DNA of 63,505 bases, counting the filler, from Phoronis australis (taxonomy: Eukaryota; Animalia; Phoronida), in NCBI GenBank assembly GCA_002633005.1. It is 5 parts of 5 records of this genome, joined end to end, with 100 filler letters (N's around TTAATTAATTAA, not from the genome) between each part and the next. Parts side by side here need not be neighbours in the genome. Positions count along the whole stretch, not along the records: positions 1 to 19,376 come from NMRA01000495.1; positions 19,477 to 39,629 come from NMRA01000094.1; 3 more parts are not named here. One strand, 5' to 3'. Below, piece by piece: positions 11,844 through 25,182 of the stretch. Numbering within the stretch: the first letter of the stretch is position 1; each line of letters opens with the position of its first letter. Under the pieces are notes generated by a model. The model was not told the origin of the DNA. It saw only the letters and a program-made list of their open reading frames with translations, and did no database searches. Position numbers and translations under genes: made by a program.

Positions 11844-13420
11844 AGTCAAGGGTAGCTGAGTTGTCACAGGCAATCGCCAGTGTGCCCTTTTCAAGTCTCA
11901 CTGGCCTAATATGAAGCGGGACACGGGTTCTCTCAGGCTTGACAAATGCCATCTGTAGTTGGCGCTTCAGACGCTTAGCCTCGTCCTCATTTAGTGGTGG
12001 CTCACTAGCCTTTGCAGCCACAAAGACACTAAGATCTTTCTCAGCCACGCTAGGATAAGGTAGTTTATCCACTTTAGCCACTTTGGTGGGTGGTTTTGAG
12101 GATGTCCCAGGAGTCGAACTGTCAGACTTAGGGCGCTTAACACCCTGATGAACATCGATTTCTAGGTTTTCAAGCTTCTTCTGAGCCGTCTGGCGAGCCC
12201 GCTTTGTCTTCCGCCTAGTAGCAGCAGAGACACGGTGGGAGTTGCTATCAGGCCCAGTTGAAGTTTTCCCGCCACCATTCGCTCCGTGAGGAGTGTCCAG
12301 GTCAGGTTTGGGGTTCGTGTCACCAGCCACCCTAGCCGCTTTCACATGCAAGCTTGGTAATCTCACTTTCCATTCTCATAGAAGAGTCCAGTGATTTCCA
12401 AGAGCAAGCGTCCACAGTAGGGGGTGCTTCCACTTGCCTTACAGAAACTCCTAGGGAGGAGTCTTTGAGGCGGACGCAAAGACCACATTCGAATGCCCTG
12501 TGCGCTGGTCACTTGAACCCTGACCAGGGTGGGTTATTGGTTTTCGCTGTGGATCCGTATAGCAACTATAGGTTATGATTCAGGTCTGCATTATCATTCA
12601 CTCTATCCATAGGGCGGCAACAAGGCCCAGCCAAAGGCTTTCCTGCATCCGCATACCTAAAGGGTCTGACACTAGTTTCAACAGCTTCCTCCCCTGGTTC
12701 CTCCAAGCGAGCATATGACCCCCAGCGAAAGGGCTTCTGGTGCAAATCGACTACCGAGGTTCGGTATGTCTACCTCCAAGTGCCAGAACCTCGCAACCTC
12801 CCAGGGCTAACCGTTCGGAGGCTTGTCCCCTAGTGCAGCAGGCGCTACTCCGTGCACCGCGGTTTGCCCAAGATTACTTGATACGCAGTTCTGTGTTGTT
12901 TACCACCAGCCGCAACTGGCTTAAGACTCGTGAACCAGGGTATTAGTTCTCAAGGGTTCCCGTGTCACCTGACCGGAGACAAGGAGTATCAATCGGACCC
13001 GAAGAGGTCAAAGTCAAGATACGCCTGACCAGGCGCCCCAAAGGGGAATGATTGGGTTAGAGAGGCCTCCCACTCTAGAGCCACTGATCAATCACCTGAA
13101 AACAGAGAAGCGGCTCCCAAAAAGGTTTTCGACATCTCATATCGTTCGAAACAACAGCGGCTGCTAAAAACAGAAAAACCCCTTCCCGACCAGATCCCGC
13201 ACAGTTTGGTCTGAGTAAACCCAGTCCATGTGTTGCCGCGTGGAGGCACTGCACGAGTCTTGTTGAGGAAGAAGCTATATACTAACAGTAGGAACTGAAC
13301 AGCGGCGGAAGCTGAAAGCTGAGCACTAAGCAGAGCTAGATACTACTACCAACTACACTACCACACTACACCCTAAGCACCACAACCTGTGGTCGAAACC
13401 ACCAACACACCAGATGTCAT
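11843..13420 (-). mobile_element. 5' end of a LOA/R1-group non-LTR retrotransposon (5'UTR + ORF1, DUF4780-like)
   Basis: KRPKSDSSTP...PLNEDEAKRLK...GTLAIACDNSATLDW resembles LOA/Lian ORF1. A GC-rich leader lies upstream; the 5' boundary is approximate. Confidence 0.6.
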
Positions 13421-14204
13421 GTTTGGTTTTTCCCATATTTACTAACCCAAGGATTCAGAATTAGTTTATTTTACATATGTTGCCTATTTTGTTGGTTTTT
13501 GGAGATTGTGACTAATATAAGCCCAAGTTGTGGCTGGGTAACAGATATGATCTGATGGTCAGGCTGTAACTTAACTGAAATATTTACTGTTATAAGTCCC
13601 GTTTAGACATCACCTTTTGGCCCGGCGCAACTGACACTGAGCAAACTGACCAGTGTCAAGCTGCCGTTTACACCCACAACTCACTAACTGTGGCAAGTCG
13701 GAAGTTGTAGGCTGGAGAGTGGAACGCACATGCGCAGATTTACTAATGGCGGTAATTGCAGATACATGTACAGAGAACCCGTATGTAGGTCGTTGCACAA
13801 GCGCAGTAGAGATGATCCTTTCCGCCTTGCCCCCGTTTAGACATATAATTGACACGGATCGAGCGCAAATTGTTTTTATCTGCCTTGATGGGCTGTCATC
13901 GTCTGTAGGTTTTGTTTACACGGTCAGCGCGAAGTCATATTTCATGGCTAAAGCAGGTACACAGCTCCTTATAACGGAAATTGACCTATCGCAAGCTCCG
14001 CCCCTATGCGAAAAGTCACGTGATACCCGACATTCGAACGAGATGTCAGAGGCAAATTCACTGTCGCTAAACGACGTTCCTGGTGGAATCGATGAGTGTT
14101 TTTGCACTATTTGAAAACGCTTCGACAGAGACAAGAGGCGATGCTTTTCAACAGAGAATCGTACGTTCATGATATTATGGGAATTTGTAATTGTAACGAT
14201 GAAA

Positions 14205-14312
14205 AAATGGCTCGAGGAGCCAGCGAAAGTCCGAAGAAACCCTCTGCCTCGGGTCCACCTTCACCTGACAAATGACAAGGCCACTGATACGATATGTTCA
14301 TGTAAAGCTGGG
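14205..14312 (+). mobile_element. Remnant SWIM zinc-finger exon of an ISL2EU/Kolobok-type DNA transposon
   Basis: RSQRKSEE, then a frameshift, then VHLHLTNDKATDTICSCKAG|gtatgt. Confidence 0.45.
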
Positions 14313-16299
14313 TATGTACCTTAAAATCGAATTATGTGTACGATTCCATAGATTTCATGATCTTTCGAATAAAATCAGTGAAAATTCAACGATATTTTTA
14401 TTCTGTCGTCTGCTAAATTTCGCCAAATAAAAAGTAGGTCACAACTGGTGGGACTCCTGGAGTAAAGTAGGTCATAGATTACAGACAACACATGCACTAT
14501 AGTCTCTGACTAGGTCGACTCGACAGCACTGTTTACGCTTTTCTAATNNNNNNNNNNNNNNNNNNNNNNNNNNNNNNNNNNNNNNNNNNNNNNNNNNNNN
14601 NNNNNNNNNNNNNNNNNNNNNNNNNNNNNNNNNNNNNNNNNNNNNNNNNNNNNNNNNNNNNNNNNNNNNNNNNNNNNNNNNNNNNNNNNNNNNNNNNNNN
14701 NNNNNNNNNNNNNNNNNNNNNNNNNNNNNNNNNNNNNNNNNNNNNNNNNNNNNNNNNNNNNNNNNNNNNNNNNNNNNNNNNNNNNNNNNNNNNNNNNNNN
14801 NNNNNNNNNNNNNNNNNNNNNNNNNNNNNNNNNNNNNNNNNNNNNNNNNNNNNNNNNNNNNNNNNNNNNNNNNNNNNNNNNNNNNNNNNNNNNNNNNNNN
14901 NNNNNNNNNNNNNNNNNNNNNNNNNNNNNNNNNNNNNNNNNNNNNNNNNNNNNNNNNNNNNNNNNNNNNNNNNNNNNNNNNNNNNNNNNNNNNNNNNNNN
15001 NNNNNNNNNNNNNNNNNNNNNNNNNNNNNNNNNNNNNNNNNNNNNNNNNNNNNNNNTACACGTCAAAAAGTAATTCAACAGTTTATGATTAGTGACAACA
15101 GCTCGACCAAGGCTTTGAGTTACCGGTAGTAATCCAGTGCCCCTCCCTGTGCAGATCGAATCTCTGAATTTTGACCGGGAGAGAAGTTCAGTTGAACGCT
15201 AGCCTACGGGTTTATGAATAACAAAAATGTACCTCTGTTATGTTAAAATAAATAAATAAATAAATAAAATAAAAATGTCCTTGAAAACAACAATTTCCAG
15301 GGACTATACCGCTAAGAGTGCTGAGATCCAGCAGGTGTCGAGACAAAGGCGGCCAGACGTAGGAAACTCGGGAGTCAGAATCTGAGATAGTCCTTCACCA
15401 TAGCCACCAAGCTGAAAAGTGCGTATCTTGGAACTAATATATTTGTGTTTATTATAGCCTTCGAGTTATCAAGCAACATCGCTACGTTCAGTTGCTCGTG
15501 TGGCCGTACAGTTTGATCCACAGTTTACGCTTTTCAACATCATTTTTCGGCTTAGGACATGCCAAAAATGATGGATATTATTCTGGAGCAGCATAATGGC
15601 TGTCGGTGCTACACACGCCATATCAACACCGTTTCCCCATTCTTAGCGGACAATTTCTTGAGCTATAGACTAAAGTAAGTTTTACTCGACTGCGTGTGGT
15701 TTGTCGGGTATAATGGCGGCTTGGAAACGCAGACGAAGGTGTGCCAAGAATGCTTTGTTTTGATTGGCCAATTAAGCCGTCCGTCATAATCCTGGCGATA
15801 GGTCAATTATTGCACTGCGTTTTAGCGAATCAGAGGACAGAAGTATCAGTGCTTGAGTAATAAAAATGGTTTCAAGAAGACATGAGCTTTGAACTAAATG
15901 ACTGATGGTGGTGTCGTGGTTAGAACACACAATTAGCGACATACAAATATGTTAAAAAAACATTTTATTGTATATTGCAAAATGCTAAAATGTGCGATTG
16001 ATAATATAACACATCACCAAACACAAAAACAGCGCAATACGCCAATCGGAGTGATTGGAAACTGTTTTATTAATAAAGTATTGGCCCATCAACTGAGCTG
16101 CAAAGTGCAACACACTTTTATTTCATGCTTAATTGGTAAGACTAGCATAAACAAGCTTAAACAAACTAAACAGACATTTTGTATAGATACGCTTATTTAT
16201 ATTAAAGACCTCTGGCCCAAAGGACAATAAATGTAAATTAAACATGCACAAACGCACACACAGCCAACTCATTTAGGAGCTGCTCTCTAATTTTAAGGG

Positions 16300-16500
16300 C
16301 AGAATACATATATTTAACAACAGACATGCATGTATCTGAATTAGCTAGCAGGCGTATACAGGATTCTTGAGTTGGGGTGCTTCCACTGAACTTCTTTCAT
16401 AAAACGTGACCCAAGCTCACAATGTCCCTCGCAAGTCAATAGAAAGTGGTTTTCGCCCTCAACAAGACCATCAATGCAAATCAAACATAATCTAAGCAAA
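16300..16500 (-). mobile_element. CR1/L2-group LINE 3' fragment
   Basis: RLCLICIDGLVEGENHFLLTC fits the C-terminal Cys/His motif of these LINEs. Confidence 0.55.
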
Positions 16501-17309
16501 ACACTTAAAATACTGTAAGAGCATGGGGTATCACCAATTAACATAGCTGAAATTAATTTAGAAATAAATAAATAGTCATCTCTTAAATCCACAAACGTAC
16601 ACACATGTTCAATCTCCAGCACACTAGCCGATTTTTGAAGTTAGGAGACAAGACACTTTGCCGCTGCTTAAATAACGGTCAAAATAGAACATAGCACAAT
16701 AACTAACGCGTTTGTCTGGTGATTGGTAGAATTTTGCATGGCATTCATATACACTAGCGGGCAAGATGTCAGAATGTCTTTCGATCTAGCACCTGGATAA
16801 GGTCCCCGACAAGGCCCGATATAGTCGCCGACAAATCGCCAATAGTAGCTGACGGGCCGATAAGTTTTTCACGTGCTTTGTCATAAGTGTGTTGTGGATG
16901 TAAGATCACGCGTTTAATTACATGTACAATGCAGCTATACCATAACTTAGTAGTGACATTTCAGTTACATGTAATAGCGTTCAAGATGTACATGTAGCAA
17001 CGCTCGCGTTGGCAATGTCTTCTTTTCTTCGGTCGATTATACTGGGAGTAGAAAATGTATAGTGTGTCAAAAGCATGAGCTCAAGGATGAGTTCTATAGT
17101 AAAAGAATCTCGCGAAACGGCAAAACCACGTAAGACCACATCAAAAATCACGCGACCTAAAGGCGAATGTTTCTCTTCGGCCGTCTGCACGCATTTTCAG
17201 GAACTAAGCTATTTCACGAGTACACTCGGCAGCTTATCAACGTACCCTGGCGAATGGCGGCCACCGAAGTGATTGGTCGGTGAGGTAGGTTAGTTGAATC
17301 AACAAGGAA

Positions 17310-17550
17310 GAGCATTAATAGGTTTGGAGAAGGTGAGGTCAACGTTTTTTTTCTGTTTTAAAATTTATTCTCCATTCTTGTAACCAATAGCTGAGTTCAC
17401 TTAAGTCGTGTTGAAGCTGCAAAGAACTTTCAGGGCTGCTCCCTGCGAAGGGGTAAAAAGGCACCGTGTCATCTGCATAAAGGTATGGGCTACATGACAG
17501 GTTATCAAGAAGGTCATTAGTAAAAACCAAGAAGAGAAGAGGGCCCAATA
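17310..17550 (-). mobile_element. CR1-type reverse transcriptase fragment
   Basis: [13 protein letters not shown]...LYADDT...[19 protein letters not shown]. Confidence 0.8.
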
Positions 17551-18311
17551 CGTTACCCCGCGGTACATCTCTTGGTTTAGAACATGGAGGACAAGGTCGG
17601 TTGGTAGTTGTGCTCTTTCACTGAGACGACAAAAAGTTAATGAAACCACAAACACGGCAATTAAAGACACATTATGTGCGTTATGTCTCATTCTTTGCAG
17701 TGTCACACTGAAATTTTTATCTTTTTAACTCATACTATTGGCAGTTTTAAAAAATCGCTCCTCGAGCTGTGAGAACACGTGGAGTATGTTCACACTGTTT
17801 GCAAAGAAAACGAATCTACATATCTGAAAAACGAACAACATTTTATATTCAAAGAGATTACAAACATGTGCTTTACGCCTATTCCTATTGTTCACTTCTA
17901 ATAATTCATCGCAGAGAAGAGATCACGATAGGTTATGCCTTCATATCATCTGAATTTCGTCAAACAAAAACCAACAAGAAACTGCGATTAAATTGATCCA
18001 CGAAACAGCGACAACGCTAGCTGCAGATACATATACTGGTTTGCCTGAAATAAAAGAGAACGAAACATTTTAACTTAGTTGAGGTCAATGTCAACAGATG
18101 ATGTCTAATTTATTAGAATAAATTGTTCCTATATGTGGCACCCCCAGTATCACGACTTAGTGAACAAAACATATATACATATATTTGTCGACATTTAGTT
18201 AACTCAATAGAGGAGAAACAAATCTTTACGATGCGTTTGCAATCCATCAACAGTAAACCAATGAGAGGTCGCCCTCCGAAGACTAGCAGTGAAAGGTAAC
18301 TCATGTAAAAC

Positions 18312-18502
18312 AGGAAATTCAATTACGCTTTTTACAGAAACATTCAAATATCGAACGGCGCAAATAATGAAACCTACTGCAGTTAACAAACACACGACTG
18401 TTATTTAGGAAATTCAATTACGCTTTTTACAGAAACATTCAAATATCGAACGGCGCAAATAATGAAACATATTGCAGTTAACAAACACACGACTGTTATT
18501 TA
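18312..18502. repeat. 95-bp tandem duplication
   Basis: aggaaattcaattacgc...gactgttattta occurs at 18312 and 18407, near-identical. Confidence 0.85.
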
Positions 18503-19376
18503 AAACACTGAAGTGTACGTCACAAGAGTTTACGTTAATGCAAATTAAAATTATTATAAACGCAGCTTAAGTGATTTCAACCAAAATTGAGTAGGCCTAT
18601 AACTTGCCACTGTATAAGACACTGTCTACTACGTCTCCTTGTTCTGCCACGAAGTGGATTCTATTGACCTTTTTACAGCTAGAAAATAGGACCGGCATTC
18701 CGCAGTACACAGTGATAGAACACTTCCTCCCGCATGTAAGAAAGCCCCCCCATTTGTATTGACCTGAGACGTTTCGAGAGGTCGGGCACGTTTTCACATG
18801 TCGGAAACCGACGGGATGTGTGGGATGTGAAATTATTCTCGATTTCAACAGTTTCTTTAAGAAATGGGTTCTGTTCGGCTCTAAATCAATCTGACAAACT
18901 TGCTTTATCCTCTCACTCCGCATTTTTGTGTTTGAAGGATAGATGTTGGGAAGGCGACGAACGCCACCATGAGACTCAGGATATTTGTCAACTTTACTCA
19001 ACTGTCTCCGCCTGAGTTGCAGCCCACAACTCAGTTGGTATTGGATGGACGGATACATGTAGATGCACGCGAGGAAAACTCAACTTGTAAAGAAATTCAA
19101 TACGGCAATGGCTCGAAAACGAAGATTATAAAAGTGCTTCATGGACACTGGTGCGACATTCGGGTGTAATCCGGGACGGACCTATTGTGGGATATACATC
19201 TTCATCGCTATTTGTTGGTTGAAAATGTAAATGTACATCTTCTGATGTTATCGTTTGTTTTCATTCTGGTACAAAACTGATGTCCAGCAATCCAATGCAG
19301 ATCTCACATAAATCTCTAATCGTAAAGCGGTCAATGCAGGCTCGAGGGAAGGAAAAAAATATCGGGGGGGGGGGGG

Positions 19377-19476
19377 NNNNNNNNNNNNNNNNNNNNNNNN
19401 NNNNNNNNNNNNNNNNNNNNTTAATTAATTAANNNNNNNNNNNNNNNNNNNNNNNNNNNNNNNNNNNNNNNNNNNN
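19377..19476. other. Artificial contig-joining linker
   Basis: N44-TTAATTAATTAA-N44, with stops in all six frames. Confidence 0.97.
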
Positions 19477-20176
19477 TTAAGGACTTGTGAAGATACAGAG
19501 GTAAACGTAAAAAAATAAAATTGCCCCTAGGGGGCACACTGGTAGGCGGATCCGTCCAAAAGTCGTCATCGTCTGTTGATAATATCATATAAATACACTA
19601 ATTAAATTTCGTAAAGATCCTGCGAACGGTTTAGGAGATACAGCCATAGGCGCAAAAAAAAACAAAACTGCCACTAGGAGGCGCCACAGTAGTTGAAATC
19701 GTCGGAAAATCATCGTCAACTGTCCTCTACATAGTAAGCATATACGTGCCAATTTTCACAATCATCCTTTGAGCGGTTTGGTTGATAGAGGGTGGACGCA
19801 CAAAACCAAAAAGGGCCACTAGGTGGCGCAAACTATGTCGAATCCATCTGAAAACGGGAGGATAGCGTCATCTCACTAATAGGTGCCTACATACCAAATT
19901 TCATGAAAATCCGTTCAGGTCTTTTGAAAATACAAAGGTAAGCGTAAAAAACTAAAATTGCCACTAGGGGGCACACCGGTAGTCGGATCCGTCCGAAAGT
20001 TCGCACATGCCGTCCCATTCATGAATGGAACATATGTGCCAAATTTCATGAACGTATGTCAAAGGGTTTTGGAGATAAAGCAGCGGACTCCGGACGGACG
20101 CCGCCCGGACGGACGGACGGACGGACGGAGATGACGGCATAATGCGTCCACATATAAATATGTGGGCGCATAAAAA
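19477..20176 (-). mobile_element. DINE-1/HINE-like non-autonomous Helentron-type element (cut by contig start)
   Basis: Terminal hairpin gcgtccacatataaatatgtgggcgc + A5, a (GGAC)n microsatellite, and ~146-bp internal modules. Confidence 0.75.
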
Positions 20177-20405
20177 TGTTTACAGTAAAGTTAGATATTT
20201 ACTGAACACCAATTGTTTACAGTCAAGTCTGATATTTACAACTTACACTACTATTGTTTACAGTCATGTTCCACTTATTGTTTAGAGTCAAGTATGGTAA
20301 TTACAACATATTGTAATATTGTTTAAAGTCAAGGTTATTTAAAACACTAGACAAGTATGGTTTTCAGTCAAATTTGATATTTACGACACTTAGTGTTGTT
20401 TAAAA
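20177..20405. repeat. Degenerate ~35-40 bp minisatellite
   Basis: About 6 diverged tgtttacagtcaag...gatatttacaaca units. Confidence 0.55.
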
Positions 20406-21108
20406 CGAGATGAATAAGAGAGGAAGTTCATGACAAACAGAAACTTGATGACAATGACTTCTAGATACTAAACAGTTTGACCTTGTAGTGCTATCATAGA
20501 ATCCCATTCTTCTTGAAATGATATATGAGTGATGACAACTAAACAAACAACAAGTGTCTAACTCTATTCTCACACTTTTACTTTCAATTCTATATAAACC
20601 AGTCCTCTAAGTATCCACTTGCAGATTGAAAAGTTTTAACATAAAAATCCAATTTTCAAATTGGCAAAATCTCCAAGTGGACATTTCCAGCCTAGCTTCA
20701 CCTTCATTTTCCAGAGTAAACTGTCCGATCTACGGTTTGTAAATTTTTGAATTTCTTTAGTCTAGTTTTTTTAAAATTCAATACATTCATGAATATCACT
20801 ATTATCGTTTAGAGTCCTTCTTTGCGATATGGTGGTCTGATGATGGTTCGAATTTTTGCAAGTCCGTCCTTCAGCCTTCAACTAAGTTCAGTGACGCATC
20901 GCCATTTCTTACAAGACAGCTCCTGTGCTGTGCACGAATGTTTTGTGTTTTTGATGAATTTGAAATCTCAACTTCCACTCGTGTAGTTGGCAGTGTCATG
21001 TCGGAGGTGTATAGAGGGCGCAGCACTGAAAAAAGTGGGGGCTTAAGCCCCCTCAGCCTCCCTGCAGTGCACCGCCTATGGACCACTGAAAAACTTGAAC
21101 TGAATAAA

Positions 21109-23056
21109 AGGAGAATGCCACCCGATTTAATTAGTCTTTTTTGCCTTATTAATTGGTCTATATCCACATCGCCTCGCACACGGTCGACCTTATCTTGCCA
21201 AGAGGTGTCTCGTTAACCTGTGAGGAAGGTGAGAAACGACGCTAGCGACGTCAGTGGTTCATCTGCACTAAATGAGAGTGAATGCCGCTATGTTGCGGTG
21301 CATCGTTCCCGCTTGTGCGAGCTATGCAGCTGCGAGGAAAGCGGGAATATCGTTTTTTCGACTTCCTCGAGAGTCCGAAATGTTTAGGAAGTGGATCGCA
21401 GTAGTGAAGAATGAAAAGTACGCTGTAAATAGCAAGTATGAGGCCGTGGAACATCTCCTTGTCTGTGGTCTGCAGTGGTCGACAGCCGCGTGAGTGCCTG
21501 ACGAATCCCAGCTTGCCAAATAACTATCCCTACGTTCCGTTGTCTGAGCTTGTTCACGGCGCCTCTTTAGTATTTCTTCATCACTGTATTCCTGTTCGAA
21601 CTGATAGCCTGTGAAACCTAAAGATCCACCTGCGAAGTCTTCGTCGGGACTGATGAGCTCTCGTCTAAGTCGTGGGGGATTGCGAGTTGCCATGTTGACG
21701 TTTATCACTGAGCTTTCTGTTTCAAAATGAATTATTGTCACCCTAACCAATATACTGAAACAAAGTCTGTCTCATTAGATGCAATTTGTAATGCCTTTGG
21801 AGTGTTCCTGAGTGCAAACATGATTTGAGAAGCCAGCAATGAATAAATCCCTGCGTTACCGGCTTTAAGTGCAATAAAACTAATTGACGGGACACCGAGG
21901 CCGTGTGAGCTCATGCTAATTTAGTGTTAGGTGGCAGAAACTGTTGTGAAACAACTCGATTTCCATCCCACGGCCAGGTGTTAGGGGAATCTTTATTTAT
22001 ATTTACATTATTCAAATAATGATTGTCAATGTACAGCTTCTGCCCTGACCATGCGCGCACCCAGGGGGGCTCGGGGGCTCGAACGAACTAGGGCAAAGTG
22101 GCGAAGTGGACAAAAAGGTCGGACTCGCCTCTGGGAAACAAGAAGTCCGAGAAAATGAGACTAAAGTCCTCAAAATAAGCACAATCGCGCAGTTCACAGT
22201 GGTGCCCCGTTTTTTTTAGCTCACCCGCTTTTTTGTTACCAAAGATCCACAACGTCAGATACTCGAGCTCCCCCATATTGAAGGCTGGGTGTGAGCATGC
22301 TGACGGTGCTGTGGACAAAGCCAAATCTGAATTCGCGGCCCCGACGAGTAAGTAGATTTGCAGTTTCGTGGCTAATTCACCAACATAATCACGTGCACAT
22401 TACTTTGGCTCACTAGTATAGTATTTTCCTGACTAGAAGTTTAGTTTCCAGCTTTGGCTGGTTTATGTTCGTGATGTCTGATAAGTTTCCGAGCCACTGG
22501 TCGGGATAACGAGTCAATCCGGCCGGCCGCAACGGGCCTGACCGGGCTCCGAGCCACTGGCCAGGATAACGAGCGTTTTGCGTGTTTAGAACTAAAAAAA
22601 TCACAATTCTAAACAACACAGACTAGGTTCTCCTGTCTGTATCTCACGGAAAAATACTTCGAATTTATCTCCGAAAAGACCCCAGACTCCTGCTACGGAC
22701 CTTATTGGAATGCCGAGCCGTTGTAGGCTACGGCCGTGTCCAAATACCAATAAATCCGTAACAGCAAAATAAAACAACACGTTTTTATACGAACTCGGTG
22801 TATTTTTAAGGGTTTTACATCGAAGTTTGATGATTTATTGGTGTAAAACGATGAATTCAAGCGATAAGCTGACACCAGTAACCCGTGTTGTGAACTGCTG
22901 AACAGACTCCGTGTGAAACCAATTACGTCATTGGATAATTTGAAAACCTCAGTCTGCCGTCAGGTGTTAGGTAACGCAACCGCGCGTGCCGTTATGGAGT
23001 AGAACTACTCGATCTAAATTGATACAAATTAGGTTGTTTTTGGGTGGCAAGCTCCT
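21109..23056. mobile_element. Non-autonomous Kolobok-type DNA transposon, copy 1 (THAP remnant on +, KolX-like remnant on -)
   Basis: TIRs aggagaatgccaccc / gggtggcaagctcct, flanked by taaa/TTAA. MLRCIVPAC..GISFFRLPRESEMFRKW is a THAP start; GYQFEQEYSDEE lies on the opposite strand. Confidence 0.75.
22050..22299. mobile_element. MITE nested in Kolobok copy 1, 5-bp TSD
   Basis: TIRs catgcgcgcacccag / ctgggtgtgagcatg; TSD ctgac on both sides; absent from Kolobok copy 2. Confidence 0.8.
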
Positions 23057-23710
23057 TTAATACGCTCCGCAAAATTTTTGCTGCACAAATTTTCTCGAAT
23101 TTTCGAAATACATTTATGAATGGTTAAGTGCACATTTTTAAGAGCGCTTAGACGACCTATGCTGCAAAAACGGAGACCCTAACAACAATTGTCCTGGTCA
23201 GGGCCCTCAAATGGTAAACCATACACTGATACCGAGTTTCCAAAGTTCTATTGAGTTTTCACTCTGATCAGTATTCGAAGTCTTTCCTTTTTGTCTTTCC
23301 CCATCCCCACACCTTTGTCGGTTGCCATCATCATGGTTTAACCCTGAGGCATCCAATTTTTTGGGGGTGGCACTCGCCCTCCCCCCGCTTACTAAGGTCC
23401 TGATGCAAGGAGTCCATCGTTGGTCCAAGGTCAATGTTGTGTTTCAACACGCACTCGTTGTATAGCTTGAGCATTAAATTAAAGGTTTAAGAAATACAGG
23501 AGCAGTTTTGCGCATTTAATTGTGCGTGTAAAAGGTTTTATGGATTCGTGCCGAATTTGTTGCTGCAACTTGTCTCATGGGCCTGTACCCGGCGCGTGAT
23601 CACAAATGTGAACACTAATTCGGCTATTGCGCAAGTCGACTGTAGCAAGGTGGCCAGTGAAAATGTAAGGCAGCAGGCCAGTGGGCGTGTGTGCTTTCTA
23701 GTCTCTTATT

Positions 23711-24445
23711 ATGAAAACCATTGAAGGCAATTATCAGCACCTGCAAACAAGAATTTTGAAGTATGGAGAATTTCAACAGGAGTTTGCTGTAGACTTACTC
23801 GCGAAGCTGCAGACATTCCAGCCACGGTTACTGCCGGTCCTTCGAAGCAATTATAGCCCATATATACGATTTTTTAAGAATGGCAAGGGTGCGTTTTGTG
23901 TTGACGGAAATGTCCATTGCGTCGAGGAATCTGAGGCATTTAATGATGAACAACTGTTGTGGCTTAATTTGGAAAAACACTTAGCAAAACTAACTTCCAA
24001 GTATGCATACTGTGGCGGAATTAAGAAATACGATTATGGCAGTGCTAACTGTAGCAGAGCCACAAAGTGTGCTAAAATGGTAGGACATTAGGCATAACAT
24101 TTCTGTAGCAGATAAAAGGTTGATTGGCGCAGGAAAAGGCCGAGGTCTTCAATGCTCAGAAAGATTTCGGCAGGCAAGAGACTTGCCAAGAAAATGACAC
24201 AGTTGAGTCCGGGCATTCTAAAGGAAAGAACTGCAGCCAATTCCAGTTACTCGGTGCAACTTCTCTCACCCCACGGCGTTGTTTCACGATACCGCAACCT
24301 CAAACAACGTCAAAGAAACGAAACGCGGAGGGTGAGATATTTCAGAGTATTTATTCTTGGATACAGGTGTCCAACTCAAAATCAATATCCCACGGTCATT
24401 CTTTATGCTGATGGCAATGTTTTCGCCAAAGAACAGGAATCATAG
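23711..24445 (+). pseudogene. Degraded ORF fragments, possibly transposase-derived
   Basis: Consecutive broken frames (..KERTAANSSYSVQLLSPHGVVSRYRNLKQR..). Family not identified. Confidence 0.25.
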
Positions 24446-25089
24446 ACATCCCGCGCGCTCCGTCTATGGTTCTGACACTTCAAACTTTCAACACGATAGG
24501 TAGCCGCAGAAAGTTCGATGTTGACCTCATTCTAATCTTCTCTGCAATCCACAGTCTGGGGACGAAAACAATTCAAATCCGCTCCTCGAAATAGGGCTTG
24601 CTTAGCTGGAAATCAGAACTGCAGTCATGAGAGTGTTTTCACCTCCTGATTGCGAAGCGATCGAGGTAACTGTGGTATCTTCATCAGCGCGTGCTCTGAG
24701 CGGGAGGTCACCGCTTTATGCACTAAAGCGGTCGACAACAACTAAACTGACGAGAGTCTCAGAACTCCCACATGCAAATTTGATATGCAAATGAGGTAGT
24801 ACTTGACTACTGCGCCATCTATACATCGATGGAAAAGTTTAAATACCTGTGACTGCGTGTGGGAAATTGCAATTGCGTGCGCTGAAGTCGATATTTTAAA
24901 AGTACAATTACACCATTGTTTAAGGTTGAAAAGTGAGTTTTTTGATATCCTTCTATAGAAAAAGCTTTAATCTCTCTGATAAAATCATCTGTTTCCTTTT
25001 AAACGAAACTTAAGTCTTGAAATTAGTCCGGGGAAGGAGGCCAAAAACGGCAGTTTAGGTAGTTGTCCCTTCCTGGTTATCTCTTCCTG

Positions 25090-25182
25090 GTAAGGTGTAT
25101 ATGGACTATAGAGTAAGGTGTATATGGACTATAGTGTAAGGTGTATAAGGACTATAGAGTAAGGTGTTTATGGACTATAGAG
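25090..25182. repeat. 23-bp tandem repeat, 4 copies
   Basis: Unit gtaaggtgtatatggactataga. Confidence 0.85.

Noticed and set aside
12895-12950. Twister-like TAA..GTCTTAAGC motif in the LINE leader
   Set aside because: No partner for the T1 pseudoknot and no P1 pairing.
14533-15078. Long ORFs of X
   Set aside because: Assembly gap.
18597-19058. 153-aa minus-strand ORF
   Set aside because: No recognisable domain or splice support.
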